Source of the DNA: an uncultured SAR86 cluster bacterium
GTDB lineage: Bacteria > Pseudomonadota > Gammaproteobacteria > Magnimaribacterales > D2472
Reading direction: 5' to 3'
Length of the DNA stretch: 64,000 nucleotides
Assembly: GCA_902594005.1 (NCBI GenBank)
Contig: CACJKN010000003.1
Coordinates: forward strand, 7,219-71,218
The notes under the pieces are model-generated. The model ran no database searches and had not been told where the DNA came from. It saw only the letters and a list, made by a program, of their open reading frames with translations. The position numbers and the translations under genes were made by a program. This document shows positions 47,156-59,207 of this stretch, piece by piece (position 1 is the stretch's first letter; each line of letters starts with the position of its first letter).

Positions 47156-47558
47156 TTTTATATTCCTTAATCTTTGACCATAATATTTTCTTATCCTCTT
47201 GGCTGTTTACAAGAATAGAAAGAGGTTTAGATTGAATTAGTGGAGAAAATTCTTTTGTTGAATTAGTTTTGAAGTCAGTAAATGATATTACAAGCTTCGG
47301 CTTCCTCTTTATTTCATTTAAATTGTTTATTTCTTTGGAAAAGGGATATTCGCTATCGTCTTCTGAAACAGATTTTATTATTTTAATTAATAACTTTAAT
47401 TCATTTTCTTCCAATTCATTAAATGATTTGTCCAAGAGTGTTAGAATATCGCCCCAAAGTGCGCCGAATAAAACTTCTGAATTTGGATTATTTTTTCGAG
47501 ATTGAAACCTTTGGATGCCTAATTTAGATAAAATAAAGGATGACTTAGTATCAAACAT
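47145..47558 (-). CDS. holD: Probable DNA polymerase III psi subunit
   Basis: 137 aa, which is the E. coli HolD length as I recall it. N-terminal LSKLGIQRFQSRK resembles LQQLGITQWSLRR. C-terminal SKPLSILVNSQEDKKILWSKIKEY resembles SPALTDLRANPTARAALWQQICTY. It overlaps rimI by 11 nt. Confidence 0.5.
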   Translation of the reverse strand: MFDTKSSFILSKLGIQRFQSRKNNPNSEVLFGALWGDILTLLDKSFNELEENELKLLIKIIKSVSEDDSEYPFSKEINNLNEIKRKPKLVISFTDFKTNSTKEFSPLIQSKPLSILVNSQEDKKILWSKIKEYKNGP

Positions 47559-47587
47559 TTTTTGATGTTAACATTTTGATGAATTAA

Positions 47588-50028
<2,441 letters not shown>

Positions 50029-50042
50029 AATTAAATTATAGG

Positions 50043-51005
50043 TTATTTTTTTTTCAAAATTATATCATTATGCTCGGAGAAGACTTTTCCTCCAATTTGC
50101 TCGCCATCTTTTCTTGACCACTCAACATATGATTCGTTTGAAGGTTTCTTATGAAAAAATACATTCATAATCTCAGACAGAACTTTCTGACTAGGAAGTG
50201 CAATACCCTTCTTTCTTAAAATTAATCTTATTAACTCTTCTATTAAGAAGGAAGGCGTCTCAATAAATTTTCCTCTTTCAATGATGCCTGTAGAAATTTC
50301 TTTTTTAAAGTTCTTTTCAAGCATGAAATCTAATGAAAGTTTTTTCTTTTTTGCTGTTAATGAGGTAAGTGCAGCCCTTTCAGGAAGCTTGCTCCATCTT
50401 TTTTCAAGGGACGGTATGATCTCATTTCTCAAAAAATTCCTATCAAAATCATTATTTAAATTTGTATCATCTTCAACGTATGGCAAATCATTTTTATGAA
50501 TGAAGATTTCCAAATCAGATTTAGATAAGTTTAAAAATGGTCTTATTATTTCTCCTTTACCTAATGATCTTTCTTCATTTAAGCCACTGAGACCATCCAC
50601 TCCTGTTCCTCTAAATAGCCTAAGAAGAATAGTTTCAAAAACATCATCTCTATGATGAGCTAATAAAATCTGATCATTTTCATCTAGCAGGCTTTCAAAA
50701 ATTTTATATCTTGCTTGCCTTGCCTGAGACTCAATGCTAGATCTGTTTTTTGAGACTTCTACCATGAAAGATTCAAATTCAATATTATTACTCCTGCAAA
50801 AACTCTCACAATGCTGCTGCCAGTTGTCACTATTTTTTGAAAGATTATGATTTATATGAATTGCTTTTAGATTCCTTATTTTTTTTTGTTTTAAGGCTTT
50901 GTTACATAAAAATAAAAGTGCTGTTGAGTCCAATCCTCCACTAAAAGCTACAAAAATTCTATTTTTTGGAGACAATGCATCTAAGAGTTTTGTAGAAAGT
51001 GACAA
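50043..51005 (-). CDS. tilS: tRNA(Ile)-lysidine synthase, short form
   Basis: PP-loop AFSGGLDSTALL and HINHNL. It lies next to accA as in E. coli and Pseudomonas. It is 320 aa. Confidence 0.88.
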   Translation of the reverse strand: MSLSTKLLDALSPKNRIFVAFSGGLDSTALLFLCNKALKQKKIRNLKAIHINHNLSKNSDNWQQHCESFCRSNNIEFESFMVEVSKNRSSIESQARQARYKIFESLLDENDQILLAHHRDDVFETILLRLFRGTGVDGLSGLNEERSLGKGEIIRPFLNLSKSDLEIFIHKNDLPYVEDDTNLNNDFDRNFLRNEIIPSLEKRWSKLPERAALTSLTAKKKKLSLDFMLEKNFKKEISTGIIERGKFIETPSFLIEELIRLILRKKGIALPSQKVLSEIMNVFFHKKPSNESYVEWSRKDGEQIGGKVFSEHNDIILKKK

Positions 51006-51006
51006 G

Positions 51007-51954
51007 CTATTTTCCTACTTCCGTGAGCCTTAAGTAACGTCTTTCTAAAAGTCTCTCAAGAGGAATCTTGTTAAGATTTTTAATATTTGATAATAATGAC
51101 TGCCTAACATTTTGAGAGATAGTTTTGTAATTTCTATGTGCGCCGCCTGTTGGCTCTTCAATAATTTCATCAATAATATTGAGCTTAATCAAATCTTTTG
51201 CAGTTAATTTCATTGCTTCTGCAGCTTCTTCTGCTTTCTCAGAAGATCTCCACACAATTGAAGCGCAGGCCTCTGGAGAGGCCACAGAATAAATTGCGTG
51301 CTCAAGCATGCTCACATGATCGCCTACACCTAAAGCCAAAGCTCCACCTGATCCACCTTCACCAGTTACAACAATAATGATTCTAGTCTTGAGTTGAGAC
51401 ATTAGAGCTAGGTTTGAAGCAATTGCTTCGCTTTGACCTCTTTCCTCTCCCTCTATTCCTGGATATGCTCCAGATGTATCTACAAAAGTTATGATAGGTA
51501 GCTCAAACTGCTCAGCCATTTTCATTAATCTTTTTGCTTTACGATATCCTTCTGGTTGAGGCATTCCAAAATTCCTTTTGACCTTCTCATCTGTACCCTT
51601 TCCCTTTTCATGACCAATAATCATTACTGGAATGTCATCGATTTTTGCAAGGCCTCCAATTATTGACGGGTCATCACCAAACTGCCTATCTCCATGGAGC
51701 TCATCAAAATTAGAAAAAATATTCTCAACATAGTCTGAAGTATGAGGTCTTTGCGGATGTCTTGAAATTAATACTTTGTTCCATCGGTTAAGATTTGAGT
51801 ATATCTTTTTAGTTCTTTCTTCAAATTCTGATTGAAGCTTGTCTATCTGAGATCTTAATTCGGGATTATCTTTTGAAACAATCTCTAGCGCATCAATCTT
51901 GTCAGCAATTTCTTCCAGTGGCTTTTCAAATTCCAAAAAGTGACGCTTAATCAT
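51007..51954 (-). CDS. accA: Acetyl-CoA carboxylase carboxyltransferase alpha subunit
   Basis: Motifs RHPQRPHTSDY, FVDTSGAYPGIEGEERGQ and GEGGSGGALA. Confidence 0.97.
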   Translation of the reverse strand: MIKRHFLEFEKPLEEIADKIDALEIVSKDNPELRSQIDKLQSEFEERTKKIYSNLNRWNKVLISRHPQRPHTSDYVENIFSNFDELHGDRQFGDDPSIIGGLAKIDDIPVMIIGHEKGKGTDEKVKRNFGMPQPEGYRKAKRLMKMAEQFELPIITFVDTSGAYPGIEGEERGQSEAIASNLALMSQLKTRIIIVVTGEGGSGGALALGVGDHVSMLEHAIYSVASPEACASIVWRSSEKAEEAAEAMKLTAKDLIKLNIIDEIIEEPTGGAHRNYKTISQNVRQSLLSNIKNLNKIPLERLLERRYLRLTEVGK

Positions 51955-51956
51955 AG

Positions 51957-54900
51957 TTAACTCAATTTAATCTTATTATCTCCAAAGATACTTCTTAAAT
52001 TATCCAAATTTTCTGAATTTAGATCAATCATAAAGTTGTCATTTAAAGAAATAAGCGCTTCTGTGCTGTCTTTAAGTATTTTTAACTTTACTTTACTTTC
52101 GCCACCCCAAAAATCTGAATCAATCTTATTAAGCTTTAATTTAATTTCTTGGAGAGAGTCGCCGTTGACAGTATCACAAATTATTAAAAGATCTTTTTTG
52201 CTATCAACTAAATCGCTTTCAACTGCATTTATATTCTTTACTCTCATTCTATACATTGTTGAGTTGGTCTCTCTGGATCTGTAATCATCTATCTCAACTG
52301 ATCCATAAAATCTTAATATTGTCCCTTCCTTGATGATTCCGTATTTCTCTTCATATAACTCAGAAAGAATTATTCCATCCATAGATCCACTTTCATCATC
52401 AAAATTTACAAAAGTAATTGGTTTATTCTTCGAGTCTTTTATCTGTCTTGTTGAGTTAACAAGACCAACAATTGTTGCAGATGATGTATTTGCATCAAGA
52501 TTCGATATCTTATGAGACCTTAAATCTTTAATATCATCTTTAATTGCTTCTACAGGATGTCCAGAAATATAAAAACCAAGAGCTTCTTTTTCATATTTCA
52601 GTTTTTGAGAAAAATTTAGAGGATTCACATCTTTGTATTGATCATAAGGATTAAAATCCTCCTCTACATTTGAAAATAAATCACCTGCAAACAATGCATC
52701 TGATGCTTTCTTATCTCCCTCCTTTAACATATCTGGTATACAAGCTAAGGCAATTGATCTTGAATCACATATTGAATCAAAAGCTCCTGCTTTTGATAAA
52801 GATTCAAGTGATTTCTTGCCACCAAGTTTTACATTAACTTTTTTTGAGAAATCTAGTAAGTTATTAAAAGTATTTTTTTCTTTAATCTCAGATAGGTGAT
52901 AGATAAAAGATTCCGCTACGCCTTTAAGAGAAGTTAACCCATATTCAATTTGTTTTTTTGAATTAACAAAGAAATTGGTTCCGCTTGTTAATATATTCGG
53001 GCTTAAGACGTTTATACCCATATCTTTGCATTCTTTTATGATTGAGCTTATCTTGTCAGTATTTCCTTGAGCCGAAGAAAGAACAGCTGCCATAAAATAT
53101 TCTGGGTAATATGTTTTAAGATATGCTGTCTGGAATGACAACAAAGCATAGGCCGCCGAATGAGATTTATTAAAGCCATAACCAGCAAAAGTTTCAATTA
53201 AATTAAATATTTTATTTGCTAGGTCTTCTTTAATATTGTTATTTTTACAACCATTAACGAAAATAGTCCTTTGCTTATCCATTTCCTCTACTTGTTTTTT
53301 ACCCATTGCTCGTCGGAGAATATCAGCTTGCCCAAGTGAGTATCCTGCTAGAACCCTTGCAGATTCCATAACTTGCTCTTGGTAGAGGATTACGCCATAT
53401 GTTTCAGATAAAACAGGTTCAAGCAATTTATGAGGATATGTGACAGGCACTTTACCATTCTTTCTATTTACAAATTCATCATGCATGCCAGAATCCAATG
53501 GTCCTGGTCTAAACAATGCAAGAAGAGCAACTATTTCCTCAAATTTTGTTGGCTGAAGTCTTTTAATAAGATCTTTCATGCCTGGAGATTCGAGTTGAAA
53601 AACTGCAGTAGTTTTTCCAGCGGATAAGAGTTCAAAAACCTTAGAGTCATTTAAATCTAAATTTGATATATCCAGAGGATTTTCATTTTTTGAGGCTAGA
53701 TCATCATTTATTGATTTGATTGCCTTATCAATGATTGTAAGGGTCCTTAGCCCTAAAAAATCAAATTTAACTAGTCCAATTTTTTCAACATCATCTTTAT
53801 CAAATTGTGTGAGCACTGAAGATGTATCGCTATCAAAATATATTGGGGAAAAGTCTGCTAGTGATCCTGGAGCAATTACAACTCCTCCAGCATGTTTTCC
53901 AATGTTTCTAATGCCGCCTTCTAATTTAAAAGATAGATTCATGATTTCCTGAACCTCATCATCATCTTTAATGGCTTGCTTAAGCACTGGCTGTCTCGAT
54001 ATTGCCTTTTCAAGAGTCATTCCAATCTCAAAAGGTATCATTTTAGAGATTCTATCTCCAAGACTATATGGTTTACCAAGCGCTCTGGTAACATCCCTGA
54101 CAACTCCTTTAGCGGCCATTGTTCCAAAAGTTACAATTTGTGATACAGCATCTTTACCATACTTTGAACTGACATACTCAATAACTTTATCTCTCTTCTC
54201 CATACAAAAGTCTATGTCAAAGTCAGGCATAGATATTCTCTCTGGATTTAAAAATCTTTCAAAAAGAAGGCCATGTTTAATAGGATCAAGAGCTGTAATT
54301 CCTAAGCAATAAGCAACTAAAGAGCCTGCTCCTGATCCCCTTCCTGGGCCAACAGGGACATCATTATTTTTAGACCACTTTATAAAATCATAAACAATTA
54401 GGAAATAACTGGAGAATCCCATCGTTTTTATTTGGTCTAGCTCATACTTAACTCTAGCCTTATATTCATCTACCTGATCATTAGTAAATTTAGCAGTTAG
54501 ATTATTTAGATTTTCTTCAACCAAACTCTTTAAGTGAGAATCAAAGTTTTGCCCCTCAGGAACAGGATATTCAGGCAAAAAATACCCATCTGGCTCTAAA
54601 CTTAAGTTACATTGTTTGGCAATTTCAAGAGTATTTGAAAGAACCTCTGGAAAATCCTTAAATAATTCTTGCATCTCATCCTGAGATTTAAAGTACTGTT
54701 CCTCAGAGTAAATTTTTTCTCTGTTTGGATCGTTTAGTGTCTTGCCGCTGTTAATGCATACCTTAGTTTCATGAATTTCAAAGTCTTCTCTATCTCCAAA
54801 TAGAACATCGTTTGTTGCTATTACAGGAATGCTTAGCCTTGAGGCAATAGGCAAGATGGAAGCTATAAAGATCTTATGACTCTCTTTACCAGTATTTTGA

Positions 54901-55391
54901 ATCTCAATTACTAAATTATTTTTAAAATCTGATTTATATTTCTCAATAAGCTCAACTGCCTCATCTTCCTTATCATTGAGTATAAGTGAAAAAATTTCAG
55001 AATTTTCAGACCCTGTTATTACAAAAATATCATTGCAAATATTTAAGAAATCATCATATATAATGGCTTTTGTCTGGCTTCTACTCGCTTTTGAAAGTCC
55101 ATGCATTAGATTCTTTTGTCCATCTAGATTTTTAGCTAAGCATAAAAACTCATAGGGCCTGTCTTCTTGAGATCTTGCAATATTGAGTGTAGATCCGCTT
55201 ATGGGTTTTATGCCTTCCTTTTCACATTTCTTAAAAAATTTAACGAGTCCAAACATATTGGAATGATCGGTTAATGCTATTGCTGGCATACCAAAAGATT
55301 TTGCTTTTTCAACAAGTTTCTCAATAGATAAGAGCCCTTTAAATATGCTGTATTCTGATGAAACTCTCAAATGAGCAAATGATCCATTCAT
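51957..55391 (-). CDS. dnaE: DNA polymerase III alpha subunit
   Basis: 1144 aa with a PHP domain (FAHLRVSSEYS), GPGRGSGAGSLVAYCLGIT and the catalytic PDFDIDF, plus an OB-fold C-terminal region. Confidence 0.98.
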   Translation of the reverse strand: MNGSFAHLRVSSEYSIFKGLLSIEKLVEKAKSFGMPAIALTDHSNMFGLVKFFKKCEKEGIKPISGSTLNIARSQEDRPYEFLCLAKNLDGQKNLMHGLSKASRSQTKAIIYDDFLNICNDIFVITGSENSEIFSLILNDKEDEAVELIEKYKSDFKNNLVIEIQNTGKESHKIFIASILPIASRLSIPVIATNDVLFGDREDFEIHETKVCINSGKTLNDPNREKIYSEEQYFKSQDEMQELFKDFPEVLSNTLEIAKQCNLSLEPDGYFLPEYPVPEGQNFDSHLKSLVEENLNNLTAKFTNDQVDEYKARVKYELDQIKTMGFSSYFLIVYDFIKWSKNNDVPVGPGRGSGAGSLVAYCLGITALDPIKHGLLFERFLNPERISMPDFDIDFCMEKRDKVIEYVSSKYGKDAVSQIVTFGTMAAKGVVRDVTRALGKPYSLGDRISKMIPFEIGMTLEKAISRQPVLKQAIKDDDEVQEIMNLSFKLEGGIRNIGKHAGGVVIAPGSLADFSPIYFDSDTSSVLTQFDKDDVEKIGLVKFDFLGLRTLTIIDKAIKSINDDLASKNENPLDISNLDLNDSKVFELLSAGKTTAVFQLESPGMKDLIKRLQPTKFEEIVALLALFRPGPLDSGMHDEFVNRKNGKVPVTYPHKLLEPVLSETYGVILYQEQVMESARVLAGYSLGQADILRRAMGKKQVEEMDKQRTIFVNGCKNNNIKEDLANKIFNLIETFAGYGFNKSHSAAYALLSFQTAYLKTYYPEYFMAAVLSSAQGNTDKISSIIKECKDMGINVLSPNILTSGTNFFVNSKKQIEYGLTSLKGVAESFIYHLSEIKEKNTFNNLLDFSKKVNVKLGGKKSLESLSKAGAFDSICDSRSIALACIPDMLKEGDKKASDALFAGDLFSNVEEDFNPYDQYKDVNPLNFSQKLKYEKEALGFYISGHPVEAIKDDIKDLRSHKISNLDANTSSATIVGLVNSTRQIKDSKNKPITFVNFDDESGSMDGIILSELYEEKYGIIKEGTILRFYGSVEIDDYRSRETNSTMYRMRVKNINAVESDLVDSKKDLLIICDTVNGDSLQEIKLKLNKIDSDFWGGESKVKLKILKDSTEALISLNDNFMIDLNSENLDNLRSIFGDNKIKLS

Positions 55392-55927
55392 TAATTTACA
55401 CCTTTAAAAGTTCTTCTATGAATTCTTGTTAATCCATATCTTTTAAGCATTTCTTTATGAAGTTTTGTTGGATATCCTTTATGTTTATCAAACCCATAAT
55501 TTGGAAATTCTTTACTATACGTCATCATTAACCTATCTCTATATACCTTTGCTACTATAGAAGCTGCACTGATTGATGGTATCAAATTATCTCCTCCCAC
55601 AATAGACTCTATTTCAATTGGAGTTTTAAAAATATGAGCACCATCAACTAATACTTTTTTTGGTTTTACATCTAGCTTTTCTAATGATCTCTGCATTGCT
55701 AACAAGGAAGCTTGTAAAATATTAATTTGATCAATCTCTTTATTGTCTGCAGCTCCTATAGCAAATATGGAATTTTCTATTATTACCTGACTTAGATGCT
55801 CCCTTTTTTTTAAAGAAAGTTTCTTTGAGTCCATAAGGCCTTTGATTGGCCTCTTTAGAATTACAGACGCAGCTATTACTGGTCCAGCAAGACAGCCCCT
55901 ACCAACCTCATCAACACCAGCAATCAT
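55391..55927 (-). CDS. rnhB: Ribonuclease HII
   Basis: Motifs GVDEVGRGCLAGPV and DSKKLS. It overlaps the dnaE start by 1 nt (TAATG). Confidence 0.95.
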   Translation of the reverse strand: MIAGVDEVGRGCLAGPVIAASVILKRPIKGLMDSKKLSLKKREHLSQVIIENSIFAIGAADNKEIDQINILQASLLAMQRSLEKLDVKPKKVLVDGAHIFKTPIEIESIVGGDNLIPSISAASIVAKVYRDRLMMTYSKEFPNYGFDKHKGYPTKLHKEMLKRYGLTRIHRRTFKGVN

Positions 55928-55931
55928 TTAT

Positions 55932-57047
55932 TTATAAAATAGCTACTTCTTCTGCCAAGGAATCAAAACCAACTCCTCTAAGGTTTTTAATAATAAGGTT
56001 AGTCTTTTGATCGAGTAAAAATTTATTTATTTTAAGTTTTTGTGTTTCTAAAAGTATGTTTTGAGGAGTACAAGCTGTTTGAACCAGCTCAGGAAAAAAT
56101 CTTTGCGAAAGAAGAAGATTGGGCAGACCAATTATTTCTGTTTGAATCATTCTTGAAATAATGAAATGATTAAAAAATGACGTTTTGTAACAAATAATTG
56201 GGTGAGCTCCTAAAACACAAGATTGCAAAGAGGCAGTTCCGGAAGTAACAATTGAAAATTCTGATAAAGACAAAAATTCATTTGCAGCATTTACCTCTAT
56301 TGTGTATTTCATTTTTGAGTCTTTTAAATATGAATCAATATGCTCAAGATCATCATGATTCACAACAGGTATTAGAAAATGCGTATTTTCATTCAAACTA
56401 TCATAGAGTTGCATAAATTCTGTGTAAGTTGGCATCATATTCTTTATTTCTGAATTTCTACTACCAGGCATAATGCTTATATATTTTTTATCATTATCAA
56501 GGTTAAATTTCTTTAGAACATCTGATGTGTTGTTTGGTTTAAGTTCTGAGAAATGATGACCTAAAAGAATATTATTTAAGCCATGTTTTTTATAAAAATC
56601 GTGTTCAAATTTAAATAATGAAGCACTGAGGTCAGTATATTTTTTGATGTTCTTCAGTCTCCCCTTTCTCCAAGCCCAAATAGAGGGTGTAACGAGTTGA
56701 ACTGTTTTTATTTTTGAAATTTTTTTTAATCTTTTTTGGATTTGCATATTAAAATCAGGCGAATCAATGCCTATAAAAACATCTATCTTTTCTTTTATAA
56801 ATAAATTACAGAGATCATTTTTATAAGACATGATCTTGGAATAATTGAGAATGGGATCTACGAGGCCCATTATATTTAAATTGTTAAAGTCAAAAGCTGA
56901 TTTGAGACCCTGACCTTCCATTTTTGGGCCCCCAACGCCATAAATTTCTACATTTTTTATTTTTTTTAGAGCTTTAAGAAGGTTTTCCCCTAAAATATCG
57001 CCAGAATGCTCTCCAGCAACAATTCCTATCTTAATAGAATCTTTCAC
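55932..57047 (-). CDS. lpxB: Lipid-A-disaccharide synthase
   Basis: N-terminal IGIVAGEHSGDILG with a GT19-like layout. It has a GTG start that directly abuts the lpxA stop. Confidence 0.92.
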   Translation of the reverse strand: MKDSIKIGIVAGEHSGDILGENLLKALKKIKNVEIYGVGGPKMEGQGLKSAFDFNNLNIMGLVDPILNYSKIMSYKNDLCNLFIKEKIDVFIGIDSPDFNMQIQKRLKKISKIKTVQLVTPSIWAWRKGRLKNIKKYTDLSASLFKFEHDFYKKHGLNNILLGHHFSELKPNNTSDVLKKFNLDNDKKYISIMPGSRNSEIKNMMPTYTEFMQLYDSLNENTHFLIPVVNHDDLEHIDSYLKDSKMKYTIEVNAANEFLSLSEFSIVTSGTASLQSCVLGAHPIICYKTSFFNHFIISRMIQTEIIGLPNLLLSQRFFPELVQTACTPQNILLETQKLKINKFLLDQKTNLIIKNLRGVGFDSLAEEVAIL

Positions 57048-57824
57048 CTATCTGAGAATGCCTCTTTCTGAAGATTTAATAGTGTCTAAAAAGTTTTGGA
57101 CTTCTTGGAGATCATTGGACTCCATAGATTCAACTTTCTCTATTGCATCCTTAAGATTAAATCCCTTTCTATAGATAGTTTTATATGCTTTTTTAAGAAT
57201 GGTTATTGTTTCCTGATCAATACCTCCTCTTTCCATTCCTACTGAATTAAGACCGACAACCCTTGCAGGATTTGATGCTACTTTTATGTATGCAGGTACA
57301 TCCATTGTGATTGAAGCATTCATGCCCGCAAAAGAATAGTCCCCCATCTGACAAAACTGATGAATAGTGGTTAAAGCACCAATTGTCACATTATTGCCTA
57401 CAGTTACATGACCGGCTATGCCTGCATTATTAGCAAAAACATTATCACTACCAACGATGCAATCATGAGCAACATGAGCATATGCCATAAATAAATTCTT
57501 GTTGCCAATTATAGTTGTGCTTTTATCTTGGACAGTTCCTCTATGCACAGTTACACCTTCTCTAAAGATATTTTCATCTCCAATTTCTAGAGTTGTTTCT
57601 TCACCTTTAAATTTCTTATCTGGAGTATCTTCACCTATAGTACAGAACTGATAAAAAACATTATTCTTTCCAACAGTTGTTGGCCCCTTCAAAACTACAT
57701 GAGAAAGCAGTTTTGAACCAGATTTTATTTTAACTTTTTCTCCTACAATACAAAAAGGTCCGATTTCAACATTTTCATCGATTTTGGCAGAAGGATGTAT
57801 TATTGAGGATTCGTGAATAGACAT
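57048..57824 (-). CDS. lpxA: UDP-N-acetylglucosamine O-acyltransferase
   Basis: Left-handed beta-helix hexapeptide repeats plus a C-terminal helical domain (GLNSVGMERGG). fabZ-lpxA-lpxB order is conserved. Confidence 0.95.
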   Translation of the reverse strand: MSIHESSIIHPSAKIDENVEIGPFCIVGEKVKIKSGSKLLSHVVLKGPTTVGKNNVFYQFCTIGEDTPDKKFKGEETTLEIGDENIFREGVTVHRGTVQDKSTTIIGNKNLFMAYAHVAHDCIVGSDNVFANNAGIAGHVTVGNNVTIGALTTIHQFCQMGDYSFAGMNASITMDVPAYIKVASNPARVVGLNSVGMERGGIDQETITILKKAYKTIYRKGFNLKDAIEKVESMESNDLQEVQNFLDTIKSSERGILR

Positions 57825-58265
57825 TTATTTTTTTCTCTCTGCACATAATATATTAGCAGAACATACCAATTTTCTATTAACTTCAGCAAAACACTCAAAT
57901 TTCCAGATTCCTCTCGTGCTGCCAAGAACTTTACTGAAAATATCTACTTTATCTCCAGGTAATACTCTTTGTCTAAATCTTGCTTTATCTACTCCGGCTA
58001 TGACATAAATTGAACCTTCTTCAGGAGTCTTTTCCATTGTCTTAAAACCAAGAATACCTGAAGCTTGGCCCATAGCCTCGATTAAAATTACCCCAGGCAC
58101 GATTGGATTGCCTGGAAAGTGACCCTCCAAGAATACACTTTCATCTTTTACGTGCATTACAGCATGAATATTATTTCCTTCTTCAAGAGAAACTACTTCA
58201 TCTATAAAAAGAAATGGATCTCTGTGAGGAAGATGCTTTAATATCTCTTCACTAGAAAAAGTCAT
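57825..58265 (-). CDS. fabZ: 3-hydroxyacyl-ACP dehydratase
   Basis: Motifs LPHRDPFLFID and HFPGNPIVPGVL. Confidence 0.96.
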   Translation of the reverse strand: MTFSSEEILKHLPHRDPFLFIDEVVSLEEGNNIHAVMHVKDESVFLEGHFPGNPIVPGVILIEAMGQASGILGFKTMEKTPEEGSIYVIAGVDKARFRQRVLPGDKVDIFSKVLGSTRGIWKFECFAEVNRKLVCSANILCAERKK

Positions 58266-59207
58266 TTATTTGCCTCTTTTTTTAATGAAAACAGCTGATT
58301 TTGACCAATTCATGTGATTTTGGGCAGGCATAATGCCAATATAGTTTCCAGGTGACTTAATATTTTTTGTTATAAGAGTATGGGCGCCGACTGTTACATC
58401 ATCACAAATTTCAAGATGGCCAAGAACTCCAGATAGACCTCCCATTTTAAAATTCTTTCCAATCTTTGTAGAGCCGGCAACTGCGCAACAGGCTGCTATT
58501 GCTGAGTTAGACCCCAACGAAACATTATGTGCAATATGGATCTGATTGTCTAACTTGACTCCATCAGAGATTATTGTGTTAGAAATTGAGCCCCTATCAA
58601 TTGTGCAACCTGCCCCAATTTCAACGTTATCTCCAATTTCAAGACCTCCGAGCTGTTCTATCTTTTTATAGCCATCATTTTCAGGAGCAAAACCAAATCC
58701 ATCAGAACCTAAAACGGAATTAGGATGAACTATGCAATTTTGTCCGATTGAAACATCTTTTAAGATAGTTGAATTTGGATAAATGACTGTTTTATCACCA
58801 ATATTGCAATTCTCTCCAATATAAGCATTAGGGCCAACCTTTACATCTCTCCCTAAATTTGCAGAATCGTGAATAAAGACATTATCTTGAAAGGTGCCAT
58901 TAAAAAAATCAATTTGATCACTAAAAAGCTTTGATAGTTTTGCAAAAGCAAGATATGGATCAGAACATACTAGGAGTGTAATTTCATTATTTGTTTTAAC
59001 GCCTTCCTTAACAATGACGGCTGAGGCTTTTGTAGTTTCTAAGAGTTTATTATATTTTGAGTTAGCTAAAAAAGTTATGCATCCTTCAACAGCAGTATCA
59101 AGGGTTGCAATATTATCAATTTCTAAATCAGCATCTCCGACTATCGAAGAATCGATATATTCGGAGATGAATTTTAATGAGTATTTCTTATTATCAGTTT
59201 CGGACAC
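58266..59207 (-). CDS. lpxD: UDP-3-O-acylglucosamine N-acyltransferase
   Basis: Hexapeptide-repeat beta-helix with an N-terminal uridine-binding region. It has a GTG start that overlaps the skp stop by 1 nt. Confidence 0.92.
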   Translation of the reverse strand: MSETDNKKYSLKFISEYIDSSIVGDADLEIDNIATLDTAVEGCITFLANSKYNKLLETTKASAVIVKEGVKTNNEITLLVCSDPYLAFAKLSKLFSDQIDFFNGTFQDNVFIHDSANLGRDVKVGPNAYIGENCNIGDKTVIYPNSTILKDVSIGQNCIVHPNSVLGSDGFGFAPENDGYKKIEQLGGLEIGDNVEIGAGCTIDRGSISNTIISDGVKLDNQIHIAHNVSLGSNSAIAACCAVAGSTKIGKNFKMGGLSGVLGHLEICDDVTVGAHTLITKNIKSPGNYIGIMPAQNHMNWSKSAVFIKKRGK

